A DNA stretch of 63,391 nt, filler included, from Nitrospinae bacterium RIFCSPLOWO2_12_FULL_45_22 (GTDB taxonomy: Bacteria > 2-12-FULL-45-22), in assembly GCA_001803565.1 (NCBI GenBank). It is 5 parts of 5 records of this genome, joined end to end, with 100 filler letters (N's around TTAATTAATTAA, not from the genome) between each part and the next. Parts side by side here need not be neighbours in the genome. Positions count along the whole stretch, not along the records: positions 1 to 20,355 come from MHDQ01000001.1; 4 more parts are not named here. One strand, given 5' to 3'. The translations under genes and the position numbers were made by a program. The notes below the pieces were generated by a model, which saw only the letters and a program-made list of their open reading frames with translations, had not been told where the DNA came from and searched no databases. The stretch's first letter is position 1. Each line of letters opens with the position of its first letter. This document shows, piece after piece, positions 9,716-19,527 of the stretch.

Positions 9716-11107
9716 TTGTTACCGGATTATTTAAGATACTGGGGTTTTGAGAAACCCCCTTTCTCATTAGCGCCTGACCCAGAGATGCTCTATTTTAGCG
9801 CCCAGCATCGGGAAGGTTTGCTCCGGCTCAAATACGCTGTTTACAGTAACAAGGGTGGTGCGCTTCTGGTTTCCGACCATCCCGGGGATGGTAAGACCAG
9901 TTTGTTGCTCAAGCTGATCGCTGACCTGAGAGAAGAATCTAAAGAGAAGATAGTAGTAGCTTTTCTGGATCATCCTACCTTGACTGCCCCGCAAATGATC
10001 AGAGAGATTACCCGGCAATTAACCGCTGGTAAGATATCCCGGGATAAAATACATAATCTAAACCTTTTACGGGAGCATCTAAGAAAACTCCAGGAAGAAG
10101 GGAATAAGGCTATAGCCATTGTGGATGAAGGTCAGATGTTAGCCCATAGGCCAGATCTGTTGCAGGAATTAAGGATATTGCTAAATTTGTGCTATAAAGA
10201 CTCTTTCCTTTTAACTTTCATTTTTTCTGGCCAGAAACCTCTAGAGATCGCTGTCCGGCGCATGCCCGAATTCTGGCAGCGGCTGCCAGTACGGTTTTTC
10301 TTAGGGAATCTCAATCTAAGCGATACCAAGGGCCTGATAAAGTATCGGCTCCAGAATGCCGGTATTGAAGAGAGAGAAATTTTTACCGACACGGCTTATG
10401 AGGGTATATACCGCTTTTCTCAAGGATGTCCCAGGGTAATCTGTACCGTAGCAGACCTGGCTTTGCTTATAGGCCATACCAGTTATGCCAAAAAGATAGA
10501 TTTTGTTCAAGTATCACAAGCCTGTGCGGATATGAATAAGACGGGTACTGCTACTCATTACTACCATTACCTCCAATCTAAAGATCAGGAAAGACCTGTC
10601 ACCTATCCATCCGAACCGGACAAGAGGGATATTGTAGAGGAAGGGCAAACCTCCTATACCATAAAGAGGGATTTTCTCCTGGGCATAAATAAGATAAAGG
10701 CAGGAAATTTTCTGAAGAGGACCAACTATTTTGTCCGTAAATATAAGCTGGAAGGCCAAGAAGAAAAACCCTTCTTTGTCCTTCCTAAAGGGGGCCTATT
10801 CAGGGATTCAGTTCTATTAGAGATTAATGGTAATAGCCAAAACCTTTCATCTTCTAAGGCTGGTCTAGCCCTCAGCGATTCTGCTATCCATTTTATCCTG
10901 GAAAGAGATATTCATAAACTCCCCTATAGTACAATAAAGGTCTGCCGGACCATGCGCCGCATGCAAGGGGGGAAACCCGTTTACCAGCTCAGGATAGACG
11001 GAGATGCCCTATCCGGTTGGGTATCTTTCCCTTGCCTCAAAGAGGAAGCTAAAACCTTTGCTAATTTACTAGAAGGATATATTAAAGCTAAATGCAGTCT
11101 CCCTTAA
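9716..11107 (+). CDS. ExeA/GspA-like AAA ATPase with uncharacterised C-terminal domain
   Basis: YWGFEKPPFSLAPDP N-terminus, PGDGKTS Walker A, IVDEGQ Walker B, SQGCPRVI; TTG start at 9716 after GGAGG. Confidence 0.82.
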   Translation: MLPDYLRYWGFEKPPFSLAPDPEMLYFSAQHREGLLRLKYAVYSNKGGALLVSDHPGDGKTSLLLKLIADLREESKEKIVVAFLDHPTLTAPQMIREITRQLTAGKISRDKIHNLNLLREHLRKLQEEGNKAIAIVDEGQMLAHRPDLLQELRILLNLCYKDSFLLTFIFSGQKPLEIAVRRMPEFWQRLPVRFFLGNLNLSDTKGLIKYRLQNAGIEEREIFTDTAYEGIYRFSQGCPRVICTVADLALLIGHTSYAKKIDFVQVSQACADMNKTGTATHYYHYLQSKDQERPVTYPSEPDKRDIVEEGQTSYTIKRDFLLGINKIKAGNFLKRTNYFVRKYKLEGQEEKPFFVLPKGGLFRDSVLLEINGNSQNLSSSKAGLALSDSAIHFILERDIHKLPYSTIKVCRTMRRMQGGKPVYQLRIDGDALSGWVSFPCLKEEAKTFANLLEGYIKAKCSLP

Positions 11108-11186
11108 TCAATCAGTTATGAGGAGCTATTAGCCCTATCAACTATCTGGAGGCGGAATACGCACTAATAAGGAAGGGGGAATAGTT

Positions 11187-12104
11187 ATGAGTAGAAGGAA
11201 GAGTAAGGTTATATCTTTAGCGGAAGCGGCAGGACTGGTACAGGATGGGCAGACGGTTCTTATCGGCGGGTTTATCTATCATAATAAACCGATGGCCCTG
11301 ATTCGGGAGCTAATAAAGAAAGGGATAAAAGACCTGACCCTGGTCGGGTGCCTTCATGGGGCCATTGATATGGACCTGCTTATTGGGCTCGGGGCCATAA
11401 AGAAACTCATGGTTCCTTATTTGGGTTTCGAGCACCTGGGTCTGGCCCCTTGTTACCGCCGGTTTGCCGAGGCGGGCCAACTGGATATCTGGGAATGTGA
11501 TGAGATCCATATCATTTCTGCTATGGAAGCCGCTGCGGCTGACCTACCCTGTATGTTGACCCGCGCCGGGGTAGGCTCTGACCTATTAAAACTTAACCCC
11601 GACCTGAAGCCCTTTACTGATCCCTTCCGGGGAGAACCGTTGGTACTGGTGCCCGCTATAAAGCCGGATATTGCCCTGTTCCATGCCCCTAAAGGCGATC
11701 TTTATGGCAACATCCACCACCTGGGCAGCCCCTTTGCCGATCTGTTAGCAGCGGAAGCCACGAATCGTTGCGGTGGTAAGGTGGTGGTGTGTGTAGATGA
11801 GATAATAGCCCCAGAAGAGGTTTGGCAAGACCCCAGGAAGACCACTATCCCTCATCCCCTGGTAGACTACGTAGTAGAGGTTCCTTATGGTGCCCATCCT
11901 TGCTCCTGCCACGGCTTATATGGCACGGATGAAGCGCACATGCAGGAATATATCAGTATGGGGGGCAAACCTGAGTCTTTTCAGGACTATCTTACCCGAT
12001 ATATTTATAGCGTAACAAGCCAGGAAGAGTACCTGGAACGAGTGGGTGGCATAAAGAAACTGACTGAATTGAAGAGAAGCATAAGTATGGAGGAATATCT
12101 ATGA
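11187..12104 (+). CDS. Family I CoA-transferase-like alpha subunit (GctA/CatI/IpdA group)
   Basis: SKVISLAEAA, KPMALIRELI, VPAIKPDIALFHA, EVPYGAHP. Confidence 0.85.
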   Translation: MSRRKSKVISLAEAAGLVQDGQTVLIGGFIYHNKPMALIRELIKKGIKDLTLVGCLHGAIDMDLLIGLGAIKKLMVPYLGFEHLGLAPCYRRFAEAGQLDIWECDEIHIISAMEAAAADLPCMLTRAGVGSDLLKLNPDLKPFTDPFRGEPLVLVPAIKPDIALFHAPKGDLYGNIHHLGSPFADLLAAEATNRCGGKVVVCVDEIIAPEEVWQDPRKTTIPHPLVDYVVEVPYGAHPCSCHGLYGTDEAHMQEYISMGGKPESFQDYLTRYIYSVTSQEEYLERVGGIKKLTELKRSISMEEYL

Positions 12105-12892
12105 GGGAAGATTATGGCAAGGCAGAACTAATGGCAGTCGTCCTCTCACGGGAGTTGAAGGATGGGGAGCTGGGCTCTCCAGGTGGGGCTTATAGCCAGA
12201 TAGCTATGGCTGCTATCCGCTTAGCGCAACTAACCCATGCCCCTAACCTGTCTTATGTTTGCAGTGCAACGGGTTATATAAACCATATGGTGGGGAAGAA
12301 ACCTTACCCTTTGCTCCCTTCTACTACTGACTATCGCAATATCTACGCTGGTTGCGAAGCAGCCCTGGATTTTCGCTCCATGCCCAAGCGACGAGACTTC
12401 TTCTTTGTCGGTGGCTTGCAGGTAGATAAGCATGGAAATATTAATCTATTAGGGATAGGTGACAATTATAAAAGACTAAAGATGCGGGGTCCAGGCACTG
12501 CGGGCTTGGCCTATGCTACCGCTATTGCCGGTAGGTTCTATATCTATCTGGCCCACCATTCTAAAAGGTTATTGGTAGAAAAGGTAGATTTTTTAAATGG
12601 ATTAGGCTATATTAATGGCCCTGGGTCAAGGGAGCGTCTGGCCTTGCCGGGCAAAGGTCCCCAACTGGTGGTTACACCATTAGCGGTAATGGATTTTGAG
12701 GAAGAAACCAAGCGGATGCGACTGAAATCTCTGCACCCCGGTGTATCCTTGCAGGAGGTAGTAGACAATACCGGATTCGAACTTATCATCCCTGATATAA
12801 TACCTACTACCACAGCCCCAACCCCGGAAGAATTAAGATGCCTCCGGGAACAGGTTGACATAAAGAGAGTGCTACCCAGCATGATAAAATAG
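12101..12892 (+). CDS. Family I CoA-transferase-like beta subunit
   Basis: QLTHAPNL, QVDKHGNIN, SLHPGVSLQEVVDNTGFEL; overlaps the alpha stop codon. Confidence 0.85.
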   Translation: MREDYGKAELMAVVLSRELKDGELGSPGGAYSQIAMAAIRLAQLTHAPNLSYVCSATGYINHMVGKKPYPLLPSTTDYRNIYAGCEAALDFRSMPKRRDFFFVGGLQVDKHGNINLLGIGDNYKRLKMRGPGTAGLAYATAIAGRFYIYLAHHSKRLLVEKVDFLNGLGYINGPGSRERLALPGKGPQLVVTPLAVMDFEEETKRMRLKSLHPGVSLQEVVDNTGFELIIPDIIPTTTAPTPEELRCLREQVDIKRVLPSMIK

Positions 12893-12960
12893 ACATAAGC
12901 GTTCAGTTATCAGCTATCAGTGGTCAGATGAGATTATCGTAAGGGGTGAGGGGTAACGGG

Positions 12961-13416
12961 CATAAGCGTTAACTTAAGAACACGGTGCTCTGGTGAATTC
13001 GTCATTCCGGCGAAAGCCGGAATCCAGAAGGCAACATATGAATAGGCAACCCGCAGTATATATTCTGGCAAGTAAAAGAAATGGTACGCTATATGTCGGT
13101 ATAACGTCAGACGTGATCAAAAGGGTATGGGAACATAAAAATAATGTAGTGAAAGGATTCACTGAACGATACAGTGTCCATCAACTTGTTTGGTATGAAT
13201 TGCACGAAACCATGGAATCGGCTATCAGGAAAGAAAAGATGTTGAAGAATTGGAAGCGAGTCTGGAAACTTGAATTGATCGAAAGGAGCAATCCGAATTG
13301 GCAGGATTTGTATGAAACGATTGTTTGACTGGATTCCGGCTTTCGCCGGAATGACGGTGCATGCTAACAATCGGAAACTGCGGGCTATAGAAGATAGCCT
13401 TAAGTTAGCGCTTATG
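12961..13416. mobile_element. Composite mini-element: outer 18-bp IR with probable 10-bp TSD enclosing a 28-bp-IR-flanked GIY-YIG gene
   Basis: CATAAGCGTTAACTTAAG/CTTAAGTTAGCGCTTATG (17/18); flanks GGGTAACGGG vs GGGTAAAGGG; inner perfect IR 13000-13027/13329-13356. Confidence 0.75.
13038..13328 (+). CDS. Small GIY-YIG endonuclease (UPF0213/SLX-like)
   Basis: AVYILASKRNGTLYVGIT, RVWEH, AIRKEKMLKNWKRVWKLELIE; ATG at 13038. Confidence 0.9.
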   Translation: MNRQPAVYILASKRNGTLYVGITSDVIKRVWEHKNNVVKGFTERYSVHQLVWYELHETMESAIRKEKMLKNWKRVWKLELIERSNPNWQDLYETIV

Positions 13417-13494
13417 GGGTAAAGGGGATCTCCTAATGCCTTAGCCCTTACGGATAATATTGAAAGCTGGACAATTAAAAAAAGAAAGGTGTGT

Positions 13495-14418
13495 ATGCCA
13501 AGAAACAAAGGTTTTTTTACTAAGGTTAAAGATTTTATAGTATGGAACCTGGTAAAGGCTCTTATGAGACTTATCCAGGCCATACCCTGGTCACTACTTC
13601 CTCGATTCAGCCACTGGATAGGAAATACCATTTTGAAGACCATGCCCAGGAGGAAGGGCATTGCCTTAAATAATCTGGAAATTGCCTTAGGTGAAGGATT
13701 GAGTAATATAGAGCGGGAAAATATCCTGAAAAAGTCTATGAGCGAGGTAGTGTTAGGGGGTGCCGAGATATTAAGATACCTTTCCCACCCACCTGACTCG
13801 TTTTTAGCTAAAATTGATTTCCAGGGCAAAGAATATCTAGACCAGGCCCTGAGGCAGGGTCGAGGAGTTATTTGTTTTGGTGCTCATTTTGGCAACTTCC
13901 CTTTGATGTTGATGGCCCTGGCAAATACCGGCTACCCAGTATTTGCTATTACCCGAGAACCCAAGAATGCTCGCTTAGCCCATTTTTTCGACCGGCTAAA
14001 AGAACAAGCCGGGATTGGTTATATCTCTGACAAACCTAAGGATATCTGCTTGCGCCGGGCTTTGCAATGCCTGAGAGGTAATAACATACTTTTTTTACAG
14101 ATAGACCTGAATGTAATCTCCGGCGCTGTCTGGGCCGAATTTTTCGGCAAATTAGTACCCACTTATCCGGGGGCAGTAATCCTCGCCTTAAGGACGGGTG
14201 CGCCCCTTATACCACTATTTATATACCGGAGAGATACCCTCTTCCATAAGATCGTTGCTGGCCCACCTATACCTCTGGATATTACTGGGAATAAAGAGAA
14301 GGATCTAGTAAAGAATCTTTCCAGGTTAAATAAGGTCATAGAAGAGTTTATCCGGCAGGATCCCACAGCCTGGTGGTGGCTACATAGGCGATGGCGCAAA
14401 GCCCGGCCCTTAATCTAA
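13495..14418 (+). CDS. Lipid A biosynthesis acyltransferase family (LpxL/HtrB-like)
   Basis: AHFGN motif, FFGK, ALRTGAPLIP, WWWLHRRW; upstream of fabZ-lpxA. Confidence 0.82.
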   Translation: MPRNKGFFTKVKDFIVWNLVKALMRLIQAIPWSLLPRFSHWIGNTILKTMPRRKGIALNNLEIALGEGLSNIERENILKKSMSEVVLGGAEILRYLSHPPDSFLAKIDFQGKEYLDQALRQGRGVICFGAHFGNFPLMLMALANTGYPVFAITREPKNARLAHFFDRLKEQAGIGYISDKPKDICLRRALQCLRGNNILFLQIDLNVISGAVWAEFFGKLVPTYPGAVILALRTGAPLIPLFIYRRDTLFHKIVAGPPIPLDITGNKEKDLVKNLSRLNKVIEEFIRQDPTAWWWLHRRWRKARPLI

Positions 14419-14497
14419 GCCTTCAGCCATCAGTGTTCAGCCCTCAGTTTCCAGGCTTGAGTCTGATTGCCGGGCGCTCACAAGAAAGGAAAGGGAG

Positions 14498-14938
14498 ATG
14501 TTTGATGTCCGAGAGATAAGTAAATACTTGCCACACCGTTACCCATTTGCCCTGGTAGATAGGATAGTGGAGATGGAAAAGTTTAAGCGAGTTGTAGGGA
14601 TAAAGAATGTCACCGTAAATGAACCATTTTTTCAGGGCCATTTTCCTGACAACCCTATCATGCCTGGGGTATTGATACTAGAGGCTATGGCCCAGATAGG
14701 TGGGGTCTTAGGACTTTATTCCCTGGAAAGGCAAGGGGATCAACATATCTACTTCTTAGGGATAGATAAGGCCCGATTCAGAAAACCGGTGACCCCCGGT
14801 GACCAGATCCGATTCGAGCTGGAAGTAATCCATCATCGAGGGGGTATATGGCGATTTAAAGGGACTGCCCTGGTAGATGGCAACATGGTAGCAGAAGCAG
14901 AACTGTTGGCTATGACCCAGGGTAGTCAAGGAAAATAA
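14498..14938 (+). CDS. fabZ: 3-hydroxyacyl-ACP dehydratase
   Basis: LPHRYPF, NEPFFQGHFP, PGVLILEAMAQ. Confidence 0.96.
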   Translation: MFDVREISKYLPHRYPFALVDRIVEMEKFKRVVGIKNVTVNEPFFQGHFPDNPIMPGVLILEAMAQIGGVLGLYSLERQGDQHIYFLGIDKARFRKPVTPGDQIRFELEVIHHRGGIWRFKGTALVDGNMVAEAELLAMTQGSQGK

Positions 14939-14944
14939 TCAGCC

Positions 14945-15742
14945 ATGTCCATCCATCCTACTGTTATTATTGATAAGACAGCGGAGATAAGTCCGGAGGT
15001 AGAGATCGGCCCCTATTGTTATATTGGCCCTCAGGTCATTATTGAGCCGGGGTGCTTGATTGGGCCTCAAGTGGTAATTTTAGAAGGGACCAGGATAGAC
15101 AAAAACTGCTCTATCTATCCCGGCGCTATTATTGGCGGCAAGCCCCAGGATTATAAATTTAAGGACACTCCCTCTTTTGTTGAGATCGGGGAGGGCAATA
15201 TTATCCGGGAATATGTTACTATTCACCGCTCATCGGAAGAAGGGGGAAAGACCGTTATAGGTAATAATAACTTCCTGATGGCTTATACCCATATCGCCCA
15301 TGACTGTAAGATCGGCAATCAGGTAGTAATAACTAATTATACCGGCCTTTCTGGCTACGTTACCGTAGAAGATAAAGCCATTATTTCTGGTTATGTCGCC
15401 ATACATCAATTTTGCCGGGTAGGGGAGCTGGCTATAATAAGCGCCCAAACTGGCCTGTCTAAAGATATACCACCTTTTATGATTGGCGAGGGCCGGCCTT
15501 GCCTAATAAGGGGGATAAATGCTATTGGTTTGCGGCGGAATGGTATTCCACCCAAAGTACGGTTGGATATTCAACGGGCCTACCGTATACTATTCCGCTC
15601 TCAGCTTAATACTTCCCAGGCATTGGAGCGGATCAAAGAAGAGATAGAAACGGGCCGAGAGATAGCCCATCTAATCAGTTTCATTGAAAGCTCTCAGCGC
15701 GGTATCCACAAAGCCAAAGGGCTAATGGAAGGAGAAGAATAG
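14945..15742 (+). CDS. lpxA: UDP-N-acetylglucosamine O-acyltransferase
   Basis: Hexapeptide repeats, PQDYKF, IREYVTIHR, HIAHDC, IHQFCRVG. Confidence 0.95.
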   Translation: MSIHPTVIIDKTAEISPEVEIGPYCYIGPQVIIEPGCLIGPQVVILEGTRIDKNCSIYPGAIIGGKPQDYKFKDTPSFVEIGEGNIIREYVTIHRSSEEGGKTVIGNNNFLMAYTHIAHDCKIGNQVVITNYTGLSGYVTVEDKAIISGYVAIHQFCRVGELAIISAQTGLSKDIPPFMIGEGRPCLIRGINAIGLRRNGIPPKVRLDIQRAYRILFRSQLNTSQALERIKEEIETGREIAHLISFIESSQRGIHKAKGLMEGEE

Positions 15743-15808
15743 GTCATCAGGTAATTACGCAATCATCTAATGACCCATTAACCTAATTACCCAAGGAGGT
15801 AAAGATAG

Positions 15809-16996
15809 ATGGAGCATTATGAGATTTTAGGGTTAGACCTGGGAGTAGAAAATAATCAGGTAGTGGGACAGGTAACAGGTGAGTTGAGCAAGGAATTATC
15901 CCTTTTCTTTTCTCTATTCTTAGCGCAGTTGAATAAAAATAAAGTCCTAGCTTCTAAAAATGGGTCTAATATATATAGTCTCTTCCTGCCATCTCTTCCC
16001 TCTAACGCCGGTACTCGCGAGCTTATCCGTAAACTAATGCGTAAATTTTTTCACCGCCGCATCCCCGCCACCTTAACCTTCGCAGTGACTTATCACTGCC
16101 AGGCAACTTGTATCCATTGCAGTTCCGAGCAGCATAAGTCTGCGGGTAAGGAAGAGCTCTCTACCAGTGAATGTCAGCGGGTAATAGATCAAGCCCTGGA
16201 CCTGGGAGTGATAAACATTGTCTTCACTGGTGGTGAGCCGCTCTTAAGAAAAGATATCTTCCAACTGATCAAGCATGTAGATAAAGACCGGGCTATTTGC
16301 AATATGTTTACTAATGGCCAATACCTCACCGATGATAATATAGAAAAACTGCTAGAAGCCGGTATATATGCCCTCTTAGTCAGCCTGGATAGCCCTGATC
16401 CGGAAAAGCATGATAGTTGGCGGCGGATACCGGGATTGTTTGAAATGACTACGGCTGGTATTCAGCGGGCTTTAAAAGCGGGGATCCTTACCGGTATATC
16501 TACCTATATATCCCGGGAAGGGCTAGCTGCGGGTGATCATGAAAAGATGATGGAATTGGGTAGACAACTCGGAGTGCATGAGGTAATCTTCTTTGATACT
16601 TTGCCGGCTGGTAGATTCCGGGATAACTATGAAGGTCTGCTGACCATGGAAGATAAAGAAGTTATTCGGGATTTTACCAATAAGTATCTCTATGATACCC
16701 AGTATCCAGGCATTATCACCCAGGCCTGGATCAACCACCCTAAGGGCTCAGGCTGTTTTGCTGGCAACGAACAATTTTATATTACCGCTTATGGTGATGT
16801 CTGTCCCTGTGATTTTACACCGCTATCTTTTGGCAATATAAGGGAGGCTGAGCTAAAGGATATCTGCGATAAGATGCTTAAGCATGAGGAATATAGAGAG
16901 AAGCGGGCTCATTGTCGCGTGCAGGACCCCATCTTCCGTAGTAAGTATTTATCAACCATACCAACCGGAGCGCCGTTGCCTTATCTATTAACATAA
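15809..16996 (+). CDS. Radical SAM protein with SPASM/Twitch-like C-terminus
   Basis: CQATCIHC, FTGGEPLLR, GCFAG...GDVCPC. Confidence 0.85.
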   Translation: MEHYEILGLDLGVENNQVVGQVTGELSKELSLFFSLFLAQLNKNKVLASKNGSNIYSLFLPSLPSNAGTRELIRKLMRKFFHRRIPATLTFAVTYHCQATCIHCSSEQHKSAGKEELSTSECQRVIDQALDLGVINIVFTGGEPLLRKDIFQLIKHVDKDRAICNMFTNGQYLTDDNIEKLLEAGIYALLVSLDSPDPEKHDSWRRIPGLFEMTTAGIQRALKAGILTGISTYISREGLAAGDHEKMMELGRQLGVHEVIFFDTLPAGRFRDNYEGLLTMEDKEVIRDFTNKYLYDTQYPGIITQAWINHPKGSGCFAGNEQFYITAYGDVCPCDFTPLSFGNIREAELKDICDKMLKHEEYREKRAHCRVQDPIFRSKYLSTIPTGAPLPYLLT

Positions 16997-17003
16997 GAAG
17001 ACC

Positions 17004-17366
17004 TTAACTCATAATCTTCTCGTTATGCTCCTGGTCTTCTTTGCAGGAAATACATAGGGTTGCTACTGGCCGGACCTTCAGGCGGTTCTCGTCAATCTTT
17101 TCCCCACACTCCTTGCAGATGCCAAAGGTACCATTCTCTATCCTCGAGAGGGCTTCATCAATCTTCTTAAGCAACTTCCGTTCCCGGTCCCTCAAACGCA
17201 ATAAGAAATTCCGGTCAGTTTCCCAGCGAGAGCGATCAATGGTGTCAGGAAATTCTTGCTTCCGATTCCTTAACTCCGTATTGACAGTTTTGGTAGCCTC
17301 TTCAATAATGACCTGTTTGCGTTTCAGAAGCTCAGCCTCAAAATGTTTGAGCTTTTTCTTATTCAT
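17004..17366 (-). CDS. dksA: RNA polymerase-binding protein DksA
   Basis: PDTIDRS, RDRERKLLKKI, C4 zinc finger CKEC...CISC. Confidence 0.9.
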   Translation of the reverse strand: MNKKKLKHFEAELLKRKQVIIEEATKTVNTELRNRKQEFPDTIDRSRWETDRNFLLRLRDRERKLLKKIDEALSRIENGTFGICKECGEKIDENRLKVRPVATLCISCKEDQEHNEKIMS

Positions 17367-17498
17367 GCCCCTTTCCCCTTAAATAATTAAGGCAAATCAC
17401 TAAATGCTGTAATATTTATAATAATTTCGGCCATATGTCAAGAAAGATTAGGCTAATTCAGCATTTTCCAGGGGATTTGCCGTTGTAGTCAACCTTTC

Positions 17499-18827
17499 TT
17501 AGAAGTTTACCTGGAGCCTCAGGCCGAAGATCCACAGTCCATCTTTATCACCATCTCCCCCAGGGTTTATGACATACTGAATATCCGGCGTAATGGCTAC
17601 CTCGCCCCAGAGGTTATACCGGTAATAGAGCTCAAAATAATGCTCATTCTTATCGGCTTTGTACCCATCAACATCCAGCGAGTGTTTTTTATAGTCCTTA
17701 CTGGTACGGCTCAGGCCATAGGCAAAGCCCAGATGGTCTTTGGCCCGGTGCCATCGGTTGCCTATAACCCTGCCACCCAGCGTAATTACCTGGTCAAATT
17801 GGGATACTTGGGGGTCTTGATAACCATAGCGGGCAAAGAGGGCCAGATTGCTACTAATACCCTGGTCTATGCTGAAACCGAACCCTTTATTATGCTTGCC
17901 ATTACCATCAGGGTTCTTCCATACGCTATGCTCCCGATTATTTTGCCAGGCATAAAGGCGGTAATTACCCTCCAGACCATAGTATCTGCGGTTGATATCT
18001 AATTCTGCGATCACGAAAGGCTCCCGGAAGGTATCCGAAAAATCCCCATCACTATCAAAATAGCCCAGTGAGCCTTCGACGGTTAGCCCTTTCTGATAGA
18101 TAGAGGTAAAACGGTAGGCCAGCCGGCTTCCAAAGCCATAACCATTATCATCCCCTCCCCAGTCAATACCTAAATTATTGACGAATAGATCGGCCATAAA
18201 CTGGTCGGTCTCGGTATTGGCCAGGCGGTTGGTATCAAAGAAGGCCGTGGGGTCCATTTTGCCCATGTTGAAAGAGAAACGTTGGTCGTAAATGGATGGC
18301 CAGGGATAGGTGGTGCCAAACCAGGCTTCTACCCATTGAAAGCGGGCATCGTCGAATTCCAGGTCAGAGTTAGGCCCGGAGAAGGTGTTGGGGAGCCACT
18401 TGGCTACCCCCTCCCCTTGGCCTACATCGGCCCGAAAAAAAAGATTCCCATAGGGTCCCACTGGTAAGCCAAGATTAAGATCGGCCGAGGTCGATAAGTC
18501 TCCTTTATTCTTTCTGCCGGTATTATTTTCCGTTCGCTGCATGATCAGAGTAAGGTCCCCACCCGCCTCAACGCTAGATATAGTTTCCAGGAGTTGAGCG
18601 GGATACTGCCGATAGCCTAAGCGATCCACTTCTCTCTCCAGGTATTGAACCCGTTCTTCGACGACCGGCTCTCCTGTCTCCTTTTCTACCAGCTTCTTTT
18701 CCAGTAGCTCAATCCGGGCCTTGAGTAACTTTATCTCTTCCTCCATTGTTAGCCCCAACGAAGGGATAGGTAATAGAATCAGCCAACCCAATACCATCCC
18801 ACTAATAATCCAGCGATAGCAAGACAT
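17499..18827 (-). CDS. OprB-family outer-membrane porin with N-terminal coiled coil
   Basis: Signal peptide, coiled coil, GKMDPTAFFDTN, ELYYR, ITPDIQY, terminal Phe (GLRLQVNF). Confidence 0.8.
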   Translation of the reverse strand: MSCYRWIISGMVLGWLILLPIPSLGLTMEEEIKLLKARIELLEKKLVEKETGEPVVEERVQYLEREVDRLGYRQYPAQLLETISSVEAGGDLTLIMQRTENNTGRKNKGDLSTSADLNLGLPVGPYGNLFFRADVGQGEGVAKWLPNTFSGPNSDLEFDDARFQWVEAWFGTTYPWPSIYDQRFSFNMGKMDPTAFFDTNRLANTETDQFMADLFVNNLGIDWGGDDNGYGFGSRLAYRFTSIYQKGLTVEGSLGYFDSDGDFSDTFREPFVIAELDINRRYYGLEGNYRLYAWQNNREHSVWKNPDGNGKHNKGFGFSIDQGISSNLALFARYGYQDPQVSQFDQVITLGGRVIGNRWHRAKDHLGFAYGLSRTSKDYKKHSLDVDGYKADKNEHYFELYYRYNLWGEVAITPDIQYVINPGGDGDKDGLWIFGLRLQVNF

Positions 18828-18895
18828 CTTTTATCCCTCCTGTTATCAGTTGGTGGTGTCAGTGTCAGTACCAGTTACTGACACTGACACTAATA

Positions 18896-19438
18896 TTAAT
18901 ACCCGCCTCTTTTCCCTACACCCAGGAATTTGAAGGTCCATTCTACCTCAAAAGGCTTAAACCAGGGCCTTACCCCGGTCTCCCGGTCAGTATGGCGGCC
19001 AAAGTCCTTCCCCTTAGGCGGTTCAATCCGGTAGATCAATTTATACTCGCCCATACCGCCGGGCATCTTTACGTTATCTCCATAGTGGGCGCCATCATTA
19101 GCCGTCATAGGCATCATATGCCCGGTAACTTTTTCGCCACTCTCCAGGTTTGTTAATTCATAGGTGATAAAGAGGTGAGGGATCCAATCGCCCTCACCAA
19201 AACCATTAGGATTACCCTCAACGGCATGGATATCGACCTCCAGATGGATGTCAGACTCCTCTCGCTTCCGCATCATATCAGGCGGCTCCATCTCGATGGG
19301 CTGGAGGAAGACTGCCGCTATCTCCATACCATACATGTTCTGCGGGATACCGATAGGGGTCTCGATAGCCGATACCCCCGTAATAGCCCCTGAATAGATC
19401 AGTATCGCTAGCATCGTTCCCATAAATAATTTGTTCAT
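18896..19438 (-). CDS. P19/Tp34/FetP-family periplasmic iron-binding protein
   Basis: MEIAAVFLQPIEMEP, SDIHLEVDIHA, MPMTANDGAHYGDNV, GRHTD. Confidence 0.9.
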   Translation of the reverse strand: MNKLFMGTMLAILIYSGAITGVSAIETPIGIPQNMYGMEIAAVFLQPIEMEPPDMMRKREESDIHLEVDIHAVEGNPNGFGEGDWIPHLFITYELTNLESGEKVTGHMMPMTANDGAHYGDNVKMPGGMGEYKLIYRIEPPKGKDFGRHTDRETGVRPWFKPFEVEWTFKFLGVGKRGGY

Positions 19439-19527
19439 CTCTGCACCTCCTTGAGCAAGTGGTTAATTAGTTATTGGTTATTGAAAAGCTATTAAATTTG
19501 TATTGCTTCGCCGAGTTCCCTCTGCTA

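Noticed and set aside
13361-13385. GCTAACAA after the GIY-YIG gene (and CCCAACAA near 33200) as attC half-sites
   Set aside because: No matching GTTRRRY partner with a plausible attC hairpin found
13107-13829. 240-aa minus-strand ORF and the many other short antisense ORFs in the track
   Set aside because: They overlap well-supported genes on the opposite strand and show no recognisable motifs
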